Assembly: GCA_905236865.1 (NCBI GenBank)
Contig: CAJOQX010000173.1
Span: 1 to 53,337 of the forward strand
Source of the DNA: Candidatus Rifleibacteriota bacterium
GTDB taxonomy: Bacteria > Muiribacteriota > Ozemobacteria > Ozemobacterales > Ozemobacteraceae
Length of the DNA stretch: 53,337 nucleotides
Direction: 5' to 3'
Below, one piece after another: positions 53,319 through 53,337 of the stretch. Numbering within the stretch: the stretch's first letter is position 1; the number at the start of each line of letters is the position of its first letter. Below the pieces are notes generated by a model. The model was not told where the DNA came from. It did no database searches and saw nothing but the letters and a program-made list of their open reading frames with translations. A program made the translations under genes and the position numbers.

Positions 53319-53337
53319 TAATAATGGACAAATATCA

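Noticed and set aside
1-53337. Looked for rRNA, tRNA, CRISPR arrays, transposase/integrase genes, phage genes, toxin-antitoxin pairs and known defence-system hallmarks.
   Set aside because: No cloverleaf-like GC-rich ~75-nt segments stood out, and there were no regularly spaced direct repeats. No ORF had DDE, tyrosine-recombinase or serine-recombinase motifs. Every long ORF is accounted for by the calls above. This was a visual scan only. tRNAscan-SE, Infernal and a CRISPR finder would be decisive.

Overview
This is an AT-rich bacterial chromosomal segment (roughly one-third G+C by eye) in the standard genetic code. It is densely packed with about 40 genes. I saw no rRNA, tRNA, CRISPR array, transposase or phage genes.

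Core region, about 6.3-30.5 kb, + strand. The gene order is the housekeeping order seen in Firmicutes and Cyanobacteria/Melainabacteria: ffh-rpsP-KH-rimM-trmD-rplS-lepB-rbgA-phoH-pgpH-ybeY-CBS/CorC, DUF502, DUF3048, era, a HEAT-repeat protein, an NtrC-type response regulator, DUF1858-dxs, mutL-miaA and cinA.

Left end. There is a truncated alpha-glucan phosphorylase gene that is missing from the ORF track. Next come two tandem GalT-family paralogs. They are followed by a small convergent pair, each with its own promoter and terminator: a basic winged-helix-like protein and a 159-aa protein whose tail is 83% Asp/Glu.

Right half. A tightly overlapped minus-strand operon encodes GAF-PP2C phosphatase, GAF-GGDEF, GAF-HD-GYP, a CCA/poly(A) polymerase-family enzyme, an M50 site-2 protease and a 640-aa single-pass protein. 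After it comes a cell-envelope neighbourhood:
- a LysM-M23 peptidase
- a secreted hypothetical protein
- a 1,896-aa surface protein with 11 Ig-like repeats, InlB-type B-repeats and a C-terminal C-type lectin domain with intact EPN/WND motifs
- a 975-aa DUF2339 membrane protein

Most unusual signals:
- the giant lectin-tipped protein and its higher-GC core
- the polyanionic protein
- the three-output GAF signalling operon
- a 9-mer, TTGTGTACA, found in four promoter regions and, by visual scan, nowhere else in the window

I cannot show that any of these is a new system from sequence alone.
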